From: Macrostomum lignano
Lineage: Eukaryota
Direction of reading: 5' to 3'
NCBI GenBank assembly: GCA_002269645.1
Contig: NIVC01002048.1
Coordinates: forward strand, 107,826 to 171,273
Length of the DNA: 63,448 bases
The position numbers were made by a program, and so were the translations under genes. Shown piece by piece: positions 46,638 through 57,345 of the stretch; position 1 is the first letter of the stretch; each line of letters begins with the position of its first letter. The notes under the pieces were generated by a model. The model was not told the origin of the DNA. It saw nothing but the letters and a program-made list of their open reading frames with translations, and made no database searches.

Positions 46638-47020
46638 TTGCGGCTCTCCCAGTTAAATCGGACCGCATCAGGTGGCTGGCTTTTATTGTAGCTGGTGAAA
46701 AGTTTTGTGCAACCTCGCCAGTTATGTTGCCATCCGCCTGTTGTCGCGGTTCAATTGGTTGAGAGCTGCAGTGTGTCTCTTGGAGTTTTCATTTTCAATT
46801 TCTTTACGAACTTTAATTTCCATTGCGTTTCAGCTTCAGTTTTAAATAGAATTTACTTTATTCAGGTGACTAACGTTTTTGTACTACTACTAGTAGTAGT
46901 AATAATATCTTTAAAATTTGTGTTGAAATTTTCCTGGTGGTTTTAAGGTGGGCAGTTTTAATTAGTAAAGTTACGTATTAAAGTTTCATGGCAGTTATTA
47001 GTTAGTCTGATGAAAATAAA

Positions 47021-47995
47021 TCTACTCTCATGAGAATCGCCCTCCAATCTATGAGTCTACTCTCATGAGAATCGCCCTCCAATCTATGAGTCTACTCTCA
47101 TGAGAATCGCCCTCCAATCTATGAGTCTACTCTCATGAGAATCGCCCTCCAATCTATGAGTCTACTCTCATGAGAATCGCCCTCCAATCTATGAGTCTAC
47201 TCTCATGAGAATCGCCCTCCAATCTATGAGTCTACTCTCATGAGAATCGCCCTCCAATCTATGAGTCTACTCTCATGAGAATCGCCCTCCAATCTATGAG
47301 TCTACTCTCATGAGAATCGCCTTCCAATCTATGAGTCTTCTCTCATGAGAATCGCCCTCCAATCTGAGTCTAGTCTCATGAGAATCGCCCTCCAATCTGA
47401 GTCTAGTCTCATGAGAATCGCCCTCCAATATATAAATCCACTCTCATGAGAATCGCCCTCCAATCTATAAGTCTTCTCTCATGAGAATCGCCCTCCAATC
47501 TGAGTCTACTCTCATGAGAATCGCCCTCCAGTCTATAAATATACTCTCATGAGAATCGCCCTCCAGTCTATAAATATACTCTCATGAGAATCGCCCTCCA
47601 ATCTATAAATATACTCTCATGAGAATCGCCCTCCAGTCTATAAATATACTCTCATGAGAATCGCCCTCCAGTCTATAAATATACTCTCATGAGAATCGCC
47701 CTCCAATCTATAAATATACTCTCATGAGAATCGCCCTCCAGTCTATAAATATACTCTCATGAGAATCGCCCTCCAGTCTATAAATATACTCTCATGAGAA
47801 TCGCCCTCCAGTCTATAAATATACTCTCATGAGAATCGCCCTCCAGTCTATAAATATACTCTCATGAGAATCGCCCTCCAGTCTATAAATATACTCTCAT
47901 GAGAATCGCCCTCCAGTCTATAAATCCACTCTCATGAGAATCGCCCTCCAGTCTATAAATATACTTTCATGAAAATCGCCCTCGAATCTATCTAA
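47021..47995. repeat. 35-bp minisatellite (about 27 copies) between the SelK stop codon and the SECIS
   Basis: Constant core ctctcatgagaatcgccctcca containing the palindrome TCTCATGAGA; the variable part shifts from atctatgagtcta to gtctataaatata along the array. Confidence 0.95.
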
Positions 47996-48504
47996 ATCTA
48001 CTAAAATCAAGCCTAATAAAAGCATTGCTTTGTGCTGGTAATTTCCACTTTAAATTCACACCCTTGCCGCCCGGCTGTACACAGTTGACCAAGACAAAAG
48101 ACTTTTTTTATTTTGTTTAAAACAATACAACCTATTTAATTCTGATTAATTGTTCAAATCTTTATCCGTTTTTAATAGTCATTTTGTTTAGTAAAGCCAT
48201 GACTATTTCAAAATTTTGTTCTTATTTTTAAATATATATATAGCTGTCAATGTTTTTTCTGTTGTTGCTGACCAACTCGAGTCACAGTCTGTACACTGTC
48301 CGGGGGTTCCTATTCTCTCTAGTCCAGCGAATCTCACCGCGAAAAAAAAGTGGAAATTACATGCCGAAATTGCAATGACAATATTTATATTATGATTAGA
48401 AAAGAAAATACGCTAGATATTCAGTTAACACTACTGCCGCCACGGATTCAAGTAGTAAGATGAAAATCATTTTGTTTCGCATCATTAATAAAGTTTTTCC
48501 TATA

Positions 48505-48585
48505 ATGGTTCGCGCTGCCTAATGACGCCATCCGAGGTAAACGGAATCATTTGTTCCGGCTTGGATTTGGCTGATAACGAAAGAA
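48505..48585 (+). promoter_or_regulatory. Type II eukaryotic SECIS element (SelK 3' UTR)
   Basis: ATGAC core at 48522-48526; 12-nt helix II gccatccgaggt pairing with gcttggat(tt)ggc; apical AAA at 48539-48541; helix III cggaa/ttccg with loop tcatttg; 3' TGAT core at 48572-48575. Confidence 0.85.
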
Positions 48586-49983
48586 AAGCTGCCGTGAGCC
48601 CATTCTATTTTCTGTACCAATAATATGTAATAATTTTGTTACGTAATCTTATTTTAAAAGTACACATTGTTATGTATAGTATATGCGATCTGCCTTAAAT
48701 TTTCAGTAATTATCTCTATGAAGTTTCTTTAGTGAAATACTACTGAATAGTAGAGCTGACTGATTGCGATTGTCTAATCCTTATTTGAGTGTGATTTCCC
48801 GTAAATTTTGATTTTTAATTATCAATTTTCAAGGTGATCTGAGTATTAAAAAATTAATGAGCAAATCAAATTTCAAACAAATAAATACTGCCAAATTAAC
48901 GATTTTAAGCTGTCATTGGTCTTATTTAATAATCGTTTTCTTAAGTTTTATTTATTTATTTCCTACTTTTATACAGTTAGATCACTTTCATCAGTCAATA
49001 GATTCCTACGGGGTAAATTGTAATTAAGAGAGCTTTGCCGTGTATTGGGAGAAAGTTTAAGTGCGTTTGTTTTTTTAGTGTCTGTTGTCGAAGGACTTCA
49101 AATAGGCTTCTCACTTCCCTTGCCTAATGTCTGCGGCCTTTAGTGTCTATGGTAGAAGTAGCTCTAACTGGCTTTGAAATGGCCGAAATATTATATACTT
49201 AACATTCCATTCAATGATTGTATCTAAACACTACACTGTGCTATTGTAGTACAACAAGCATTTTAACCCTTAGTGAAGGAATTAGGGTAATCAACCTGAT
49301 AAAAAATGCTTTTATCTACATGTCTACATTCTACATGGCCAGAAATGCTTTGAGAGGAGTTAAAAATGATCATGTTTGAAGTTCAGTTTCAATTCAACCT
49401 TTGAGTCCAGTTCTGCAATTATGAAAATGAACATCTATGCCTAAAGACAGTAAATACTCGCAATTTGCAAGATGTACACTTTAAAATACGAACGCGTACT
49501 ATTGCATGTGCGCATTCGTTTTTTGGTAGAGCCAAGGAATTTCCGTGGCTTACACATGGTAATGCCTTTATTGTTCTGCCGCATACGCACGTAGCGCGTG
49601 GTCAAAAAAGCTTAGTGTGCGGAGAGCAGACAGGAAGGCTTCTCTGAAAGCTTTTAAAAACATTGACCACTAGCTAGCTCTCTCAAATAATAATCGAAAG
49701 CTTGAGTAAAACGGCTAGCTTGGTAAGTTAGCAATATTTTCGGGTTTTTTGTATCATCAGACTGTTCAATTTTAGTTCAATTGGCACTGTTGTGTCAAAT
49801 TTTTAGAACTGATAGAGCCCTTGAATTAATTTGTTCAAGAGCCAAAAGATATATCTACCACAAACGACTAGCTTTTTTATACTTTCTAGATTCCTAAAAC
49901 TCCAGGGGAAATAAAAAATAATTGCAATAATTATTAATAATTTATTTTCAACTTAGCCCATTTTTAGCGTGGCCTACATTAAA

Positions 49984-50445
49984 GGGTCACTGGTCAGATC
50001 GTCATATTCCATTTCGTCATATTGGATGACGAAGTGACCAAAAGCAAATTGTAGCTTGAAAAATGATATGACGAAGTGACCAAATATTTATTAGGGCCTA
50101 TGTAGTTATGCTGGATACTTCGTCAATCGTCATCAATCTGTGTGGGATTCGAGTTCGTGCAAATTTTTTTTTTGTTTAATCACGATAAGCTGCTGCAAGC
50201 AGAACCGATCGATCGACAGGTTTTATCAATTAAGATGACAAAATGACTGGGATCATTAGGATTCCAAGATATGTTTGATTGTTACATTAATTCACTTGAA
50301 GTTGGAACTAATATGATCGGTGGATGACGAAATGACTCTCTTCAGGTAGTGCATGTTAATTAAGATGACGAAGTGACCATAGTTGAGGTGAGCACCCCAG
50401 ACACCCAGATGACGAAATGGCAGATGACGAAATGACTAGGAACCC
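49984..50445. mobile_element. Non-autonomous TIR element with a 6-bp TSD, superfamily unassigned
   Basis: Imperfect 22-bp TIR (gggtcactggtcagatcgtcat versus gggttcctagtcatttcgtcat, 17/22 matches); attaaa on both flanks (49978-49983, 50446-50451); repeated GATGACGAA[A/G]TGAC subterminal motifs. Confidence 0.7.
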
Positions 50446-51043
50446 ATTAAAGTTGTAGTTGCAATTCCCGCGGTAACGCCATAGAAATGCCGTGGAATCG
50501 AATTAAAAAAAGTTTTCTAAAAATAGAAAAGTAAGTTTCACAAAGACACTATATGCCTCCAAAGGTTGAAATTTAACATTATCTTTAATATCAACTTAGT
50601 TAGACTAAAATTTCGAACCTTTGAAATGAGACACATAAGTCTGCTCTTTAATACTTAAGTGTCTGTATCATTGATAATATTTATAAGAAATAAACTAGTC
50701 GATATAGTCAAGGTGGTCATAATGTTTCAATAACTTAAGTCACAATAACACAAAATTGAAGCATTTAAGTGGCACTAACTGTTAATTCGAGGGGCCAATT
50801 TCAAATCTTCAACCGTATGACCCGAGAAAACTAATTCAGTACTCGTGCTGTACTATAAAATAAGCCTAACAAGACGTCCCAAGATCAAGTTTGCGACTCG
50901 GGTATTGAAAATTGATTAAAGGGGGGATAAATAACGTTTATATTAACAAATGGCCTCTTAAAAATAATTTCAGACTCGGTTCAGACGCGATCAGTGCTAG
51001 TAATCCGATAACACGTTACACGATTCGCTACCGACAGATTTTA

Positions 51044-53008
51044 ATGGCTAATAACAGGTATAGATTTGTTAGATTGAATGCCTGGCAAGCTACATATCAG
51101 TCGTCCTCTTCATCGGAACCGGATCAAAGGCTTGAACGCATCGATCAAACTTTTCCGGCAAGTGACGTTCCATGCGCATCAACCAGATTTCAATGCGGTC
51201 AAAATTCTGCGAGAACCTCGCGTAACACTGACGCCACAGAATTTCAACTATTATTTAATCAATTACTAGCAATTGCAACTGACGGATTGTCCAGGCAGAG
51301 GGTCTTGCACTCTGACACTCAGCCCGAACAGTTAAAGTCTTTTAGTTCTCGATCACAGACTGGCAAGTGCAAGAAGTTGCGCTACTACAAAAGCAGAAGC
51401 ACATCTGACGGCAGAGTTTCGCCTGTGCCGCAGACTCTGGACTTCCGCAATCAGCGATGGGACACGAGTGGAATGCCGGCCTCGATTCCCCAACACCTGT
51501 GGGACATGAAACGAGAAGAGAACAGGTGGCAGTCTTTCCATCTGCCAGATGCCAGCTTTACAGCGGCTCACCTGGTGTCAGTGACGGATCTGGCTGCTGA
51601 CGGATTCTTCTACCTCCAGGAGACGGACAGAGTCAAGTGTGCATTCTGCAAGGGTGTGCTCAAGGGCTGGAAGGCTGGCGAACAGGTCCGAGAGGCTCAC
51701 AGACGCCACTTCTCCACCTGTCCGTTTGTGCTATTCGTCGAGGTCGGCAACGTGCCTCGAGAGCACAGGGAGCCGGAAGGAGCCTCGAGGTCAGCAAAGC
51801 TGGTCGAGGCAGTGCAGTGCAGTGATCAGATCATAGATGAAGCCGTAGTGATGGTGAACGGAGACTGGAGCATGAAGCTGGTCGCTGAGCTTCCACCGAT
51901 TGAGGCCGCTGGGCTGAAAGAGTGGGCGCTGGCGACACGAGGACTTTGTAGTCCAACCTCTGCTGGTGCAGTACGCGTTGTTGATGACGAGCTGGTCGCA
52001 GTCGACCTGATAAAGCATCCTCAGCTACCAGTGTCGAGCGAGGTAGCGAGATCTGCGTGCTCCGAGAGAGCGCTCAGGGAACTGTCTGCTCTCCAGCACA
52101 GTCTTGAAAGTGAGCCATCGAGTGTGACTGCCAAACACGCAGATTTCGAGAGCTACCAAACGAGGTCGCAGTCTCTGCACTCGGCTTTCGTTCAGCAGCC
52201 AGTGTACTTGCTTGCAAAGGCGGGCTTCTTCTACTCGAAAGCCGAGAGAGCGACCTGCTGCTTCAGCTGTGGACTTCGCGTTAACGACTGGAGCTGCAGC
52301 GATGATGTGTGGATTGAGCACGCTAGATGGTCGCCTCGCTGTCCTCATGTGTTGTTGGAACGAGGCAGCGACTTTGTGCGGACAGTGCACCGACTGTCAC
52401 CTCCCGTGCAGCACCCGACTTGTGCTGCCTCAGCTCGGCGTCGCACTGCACTGGTGCAGTCGGGCTCAACTGTATCAGCTAGTTTTGCGACTGTCGACGA
52501 GTCCGTTGCCCCTACTGCAGTCCGCAGCAGTCGCGTAGACCAGTCTCTCGCAGTCACACCTGGAGTCGAGTTCAGAGTCGAGGCCAAAGACATCAATGCC
52601 AGAGCCGACCTGCCCGTTTTGAGACTGCTCACTCAGCTCGGATTTTCTGCTCTGCAAGTGAAACTGTTCACAGAGCTGCATCTCAGACAGCGAGGCGATG
52701 ACTTTGCAACATCGGAGCTGTTCCTCGACTTCATGCTCTCCGAGAGCCGCCGCATGCGCAAGCAGTCGCAGGATCCGGAGGCGTTCTTCGAGAGCAGGAT
52801 GTCTCAGATTCGGGAGTCACTGAACCAACAGCCGAGACACCGAGACACAATCGACTGGAAGACGTGCAAGGTGTGCATGGACAATGAGGTGAACGTCATG
52901 CTTCTGGACTGTGGTCATTTAAACATTTGCTCTCCTTGTGCCAACTCTGTGACCAGCTGCCCCATTTGCACAGCCTACATACGCGGTACTGTGTTGATCA
53001 AGATTTAG
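51044..53008 (+). CDS. Inhibitor of apoptosis protein (IAP/BIRC family): BIR-BIR-UBA-RING, single uninterrupted ORF, about 654 aa
   Basis: Two BIRs with Cx2Cx16Hx6C (CAFC..AHRRHFSTC; CFSC..EHARWSPRC), an IAP-type UBA (LRLLTQLGFSALQVK..RGDDF) and a C-terminal C3HC4 RING (CKVC..CGH..CSPC..CPIC). The first ATG is at 51044; the track start at 50912 is a non-ATG codon. Confidence 0.95.
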   Translation: MANNRYRFVRLNAWQATYQSSSSSEPDQRLERIDQTFPASDVPCASTRFQCGQNSARTSRNTDATEFQLLFNQLLAIATDGLSRQRVLHSDTQPEQLKSFSSRSQTGKCKKLRYYKSRSTSDGRVSPVPQTLDFRNQRWDTSGMPASIPQHLWDMKREENRWQSFHLPDASFTAAHLVSVTDLAADGFFYLQETDRVKCAFCKGVLKGWKAGEQVREAHRRHFSTCPFVLFVEVGNVPREHREPEGASRSAKLVEAVQCSDQIIDEAVVMVNGDWSMKLVAELPPIEAAGLKEWALATRGLCSPTSAGAVRVVDDELVAVDLIKHPQLPVSSEVARSACSERALRELSALQHSLESEPSSVTAKHADFESYQTRSQSLHSAFVQQPVYLLAKAGFFYSKAERATCCFSCGLRVNDWSCSDDVWIEHARWSPRCPHVLLERGSDFVRTVHRLSPPVQHPTCAASARRRTALVQSGSTVSASFATVDESVAPTAVRSSRVDQSLAVTPGVEFRVEAKDINARADLPVLRLLTQLGFSALQVKLFTELHLRQRGDDFATSELFLDFMLSESRRMRKQSQDPEAFFESRMSQIRESLNQQPRHRDTIDWKTCKVCMDNEVNVMLLDCGHLNICSPCANSVTSCPICTAYIRGTVLIKI

Positions 53009-53980
53009 AAAAAGTAATTACTTTATACGAGCGTATGACAATTTTTTATAGAGAATTTTTAGATAGTGCTGCAAGCTCATAGTTTATTTGTTTTTTAATA
53101 ATGAAATACGAGACGTATTTATATAGCTATCATAAATACGCATTACGTGTATATATGCGATGTCGGGTCGAGCTGCTTCCGTTGGACTCAGTGTAGCTCT
53201 GATACCGCAATATACCCTTAATTATTAAATTTAACACCAGTTTTGATACTCGTAATTAGTTCGTTTTTTCAAAACACTAAGATAAACACGAATACGTGTA
53301 TGAATTTCATCAGCTTGTGTTATTGACACTTTCGCCTTGATCTTGCAAGTGCATTGTATTGCATTCCCAGTGCGTCGTTTTCAGTATCTGTTTTTTACAC
53401 ATATTGATGCTCATCTATTTTTATCGCGTATGAAGATATTTTTATCGAATTTAATAAATACATTTTTGTTAATGATCTAGTGCCTGACTTGTCTACTTGC
53501 CTATACAACCATTTAAATTTGATATAAATTGCAATTATAGTAGTCCTTTCATTCTTTGAGATGTCTTCAGCCCCGTTCTGAGTATAAGCCACAAAATTGG
53601 TTTCACTACATGGCGTTGTGATGGCGTCAGTTTTATTCAAAACTAGAAGGGTAAGCATATCGCATACTATATTAAATGTTTAATACTTCTTTTCACTGTA
53701 GTTCTCTTTTGCAAGTTTGTCTAACCGCAAAGCAGCGTACATGTCAAACAAATTCAAGCTGAATTCATCCGGCGCATATTAATCCTTTAGTTTACACATA
53801 CTCCATGCGCGGTCGACCGAAAGCATCTAAAATTGTACCTCGGGGTGGCAAAATTTAGTCACATTTGGCTGCACGAACAGCATCAAGGCCAGTGCAATGC
53901 TTGCAGTTAGTATAAAGTCAATCATGAAATAAACTGACACAAATTGCCACTTGAAAAGCTACCAGAAGAAGCAGCGAATC

Positions 53981-55558
53981 ATGAATTCGGAAACCTCTTC
54001 TGACACTGAGCTGTGCGTCATCTGCGGCGAACCGGCTCTAGGCTTGGGTCCGTTCTCTCGCTGCCAACTGTGCGATCATCACCTCAAAATTGATTTAGCG
54101 GACGCCTACAAGCTGCAACAGTCTGTTGCTGATGAACTCGACGCCTACTCGCAAGATGTCGCTAATGACTTGGCGGTGGAATCTGACGAACTTGAAAAAC
54201 ACCTGCTGGAGGTTCAGCTGACGCTCGCCTCTGTACAGCGAGACGTGCAAGAGTACTGTACCCGATTGGCGGAGCAGTATCGGAAGCGCCTTGAGGCTGT
54301 TCACGTTTGCCAGCGGAACCTCGAGGATGTCTGCAGCTACACCGAGGAGGTGGCCGCAGCGGAGAAGGCGGACAGCATTGCCGAGGTGGTTCAGCTGGCC
54401 GAATCCATGCAGCTGTCGCTTCCAGATTTGAAGTCGGACTTTGAAGTTGCGAAGCGACTGCGTTCGAAGGCCGACGGCGCCGAGCTGCAGTTGCGACGCC
54501 TTCGGCAGCTCAAGCGACTGGTTGGCAACGCGCTAGCTGGCGCCGAGTTGATAGACGTTGCGACGGACACTTCGAGTGACTCTGAATCCGCAGTGGTGCC
54601 ACTGAGAAAAAACTATTATCCTACCACAGATTCAAAGAGGCATGAGATTAATAAATCGACTGGTTCGATTATAATTACTCATATAGTGGAGCCAGACGGC
54701 TGGGTGCACTGGCTGGACGTGTGCAGCGACACCAGCGGATTCGTTGCTAACCGTTCAGGTCGCATTGTACCCGCCGAGTCAGCTGATTTTGGTAGTGAAG
54801 CTCTGTCCCAACAGTGTGTGTTTGCAGTCCTGTCTGACAAAGAGTATTTGTTTGTCTTTTCGATGCATAGTTCGCGGTGTTTCCGATGCTATTGTCCGAT
54901 TAATTGGAGAAAGCTTGTCTGGGGTCTGCACTGCGACCGTCAGCAGTTGTTCATCGCTCAGCCAGATGTAGTGACTGTAGCAGACCTGAGCGGTCGGATT
55001 CGTTTTCAAATTAAGACAGACGTGAACAACTTTGGAGACGTCTGGGGCATCGGCGGCAACGCAGCCTTCGTGTTTGTATCCAGCGGCAACAAGATTGCTG
55101 CATTCGACAAGTTGCGATTCGAATTCCAGTTCATCATTACGCTGAGGGAATTCCCCGACGCAGACTTGTACAACATGACATGCCTGCATGACTGCATTCT
55201 TGTGGCTGACAAGCATCACAACATGGTGCACCGAGTGTCCATTGAAAACAGACAGCTCGTGACATCCTTTCCGATTAAGGGTGCTAGCGGCATGGCTCAG
55301 TTTACTTATCCGTACGATGTGGTCGTCGACAGCAGAGGCCGCCTGTTCGTCAGCGAATTCCGCAGTCACTCAGTGCGAGTGGTGGACGCTGAAAGCGGCT
55401 CACTGCTGCAGACCCTAGGAGTGCCGGGCGAGAGCGGCAGCGGAGACGGCAAATTCTGCTGTCCATGCGGTCTAGCGGTGCTGACAGGAGGCACGCGCGA
55501 CCAGCTGATGGTAGCTGATCGCAATAATAAGCGACTTCTAGTATTCAACATCGGGTGA
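53981..55558 (+). CDS. TRIM-NHL-like protein: degenerate N-terminal Zn finger, coiled coil and NHL beta-propeller; no RING; about 525 aa; uninterrupted ORF
   Basis: CVICx12CQLCDHH, a helical E/L/Q-rich middle region, and NHL blades QFTYPYDVVVDSRGRLFVSEFRSHSVRV and GKFCCPCGLAV..LMVADRNNKRLLVF. First ATG at 53981. Confidence 0.85.
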   Translation: MNSETSSDTELCVICGEPALGLGPFSRCQLCDHHLKIDLADAYKLQQSVADELDAYSQDVANDLAVESDELEKHLLEVQLTLASVQRDVQEYCTRLAEQYRKRLEAVHVCQRNLEDVCSYTEEVAAAEKADSIAEVVQLAESMQLSLPDLKSDFEVAKRLRSKADGAELQLRRLRQLKRLVGNALAGAELIDVATDTSSDSESAVVPLRKNYYPTTDSKRHEINKSTGSIIITHIVEPDGWVHWLDVCSDTSGFVANRSGRIVPAESADFGSEALSQQCVFAVLSDKEYLFVFSMHSSRCFRCYCPINWRKLVWGLHCDRQQLFIAQPDVVTVADLSGRIRFQIKTDVNNFGDVWGIGGNAAFVFVSSGNKIAAFDKLRFEFQFIITLREFPDADLYNMTCLHDCILVADKHHNMVHRVSIENRQLVTSFPIKGASGMAQFTYPYDVVVDSRGRLFVSEFRSHSVRVVDAESGSLLQTLGVPGESGSGDGKFCCPCGLAVLTGGTRDQLMVADRNNKRLLVFNIG

Positions 55559-55994
55559 AGTCAGACAACTAGCTACTGTACATTTTTGTATTATTGCTGA
55601 TGCTGATACAAGACAATCAAGTTGATCAAATGGAGATGCCAGCTTCATTTTTAATCAAAATTGTTAATAGCTAATCATTTTTATTCAACTATCAAGCATA
55701 CAACTTATTGGCTATGTTGCCCATATGGTCGAGTGCTGCAGAAGTGAACGGGGATTGGTTATTAAACTTGACTGATGAAAGCAAATTAAAAGCCCCACTT
55801 CCAAAATAATATCCTTTAAAGCTGATGATTGTCACTTAATTTCTTGCTTCTTGTATACTTTTATTTATATTTATGGTGAAAATATTGGCAGGACGAAGCC
55901 GAATTCTAATTATTTCACTTTATGTTAATGGAACGTGTATAGCTACGAGTATATTATATTATAGATAAAACTCCTTACTTTAACCGCACAAAAA

Positions 55995-56185
55995 GGGGGG
56001 CCGTAGTCCAGCGGTAGCGCAGCTGCTCTGGTGTGCCAGCGACCCAGGCTCGATTCCAAGTGCAGTCACATTATTTTGGGGCTGAATTGGAATCTCGGCT
56101 TGGCTCTGCTCGTGCAATTAACGGCCTTGAGAGCCAACCCCCCAAGGCGCAGTGAAGTGTACATGCCTAACGATAATATAAAGTT
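55995..56185 (+). mobile_element. tRNA-derived SINE-like element
   Basis: Head has Pol III A box TAGTCCAGCGG and B box GGCTCGATTCC at tRNA spacing, but the acceptor stem cannot pair. A GC-rich body and a short AT tail follow. The 3' boundary is approximate. Confidence 0.55.
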
Positions 56186-57345
56186 AGGGCCGCTGTACAC
56201 TCCTGTGTGAGTGTGTGCCTGCGTACGTATCCGCGCGCTTGTATGCCTGCTCAGGGGAGTCGGCAGAATGGGCAGTAATGCCTCTCGCCGGTTGTGTGCC
56301 TATGTCGCTTAAAGTGCGCCAGGGTGCACACAATCTAATAAAAAAACCGCACAAAAGTAAAAAAATCAGCCAAAGTGCCAATTGTTTATTATAGCTAGCT
56401 ACATGTAGATAAACATGACCGTTAGTAAACAGGGATTTGTCTCGGTAAGTAAAAACGGGGGAGACCATCGATCCAGTCAGATATATTAGCCAATAATTGA
56501 GCATAATTGAGCATTGAGTTTTAACTTTACAATAATAAATATAGCTCGCATAGCCGTAGCTAAATATAAGACGAATACAATTTTTACAGTAAATAGACCA
56601 CAACACATTCGATGGAATTAACAACAGAAATACGCATCTATAGCAATCAGTGAATTTTTTCAATCAACGATTTAAACGACTTTAAGATATTTTAAGGCAT
56701 TGACATAATTCATCGACTTTAGACAAAATTTTGTTACAACTCGAAAATGAGGCTATATAAGGGGACGTTATCGAAAACCGAAATTATCATGCTAGCTAAT
56801 TAGTAACAACTAGAAAATTTGAAAACAGTGTGAAATTTGTAAAAATCTGAAAAGATTGAAAGTAAAAACAAGGAATTCACATTAAATAAAAAATAGCTAG
56901 CTAATCAAAATGTGCTAGCAATCCCGAAGGATATCCCAATGAAAGACCCTCTGTTAGGGAGAAACAAATTAATTTTAATTAGGAAGTTTTCAGTCCAAGG
57001 GACTGATGTGGTCGCCACACACCCTCACTAACCCAAGCTGTTGCTGGCACCCATTTTACAATTGAATTATAAATATCTTTACAGTACTTGTGGGGTCCCA
57101 GTTGCTGATTAACAATGAATTTACATAGCGAATTGCGTAAAACGCCATATTGCAAGCCTGAAAATCTGGCCACTGGACAAGATTTTTTATTTTAAACGTT
57201 TCTGGTGGGCAGTTGTGCGTTAAGCCTAAGCTACATTTTTTTGTTTTTTTCAGGCTAAAATGTCAATATAATGTGGCAGTTAAACTCATGGACAACTACA
57301 ATGCTCTTAAAAAGACGCTGCACACTCCTATAATCAATAGCTAGA

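Noticed and set aside
46591-46656. Alternative UGA-free reading of the last SelK exon (RTLRALRRASVADEVNCGSPS*)
   Set aside because: It requires a frame of the preceding exon that begins with a stop codon; only the SelK frame is phase-consistent.
47021-47995. CRISPR-like look (palindromic constant part plus variable part)
   Set aside because: The variable segments are short and repeated rather than unique spacers, there are no cas genes, and the context is eukaryotic.
55995-56070. Functional tRNA gene
   Set aside because: A and B boxes are present, but the acceptor stem does not pair and no clean anticodon arm forms; it is treated as a SINE head.
56184-56663. 159-aa minus-strand ORF
   Set aside because: It has a non-ATG start, AT-rich low-information composition and no domain, and lies in the convergent intergenic region.
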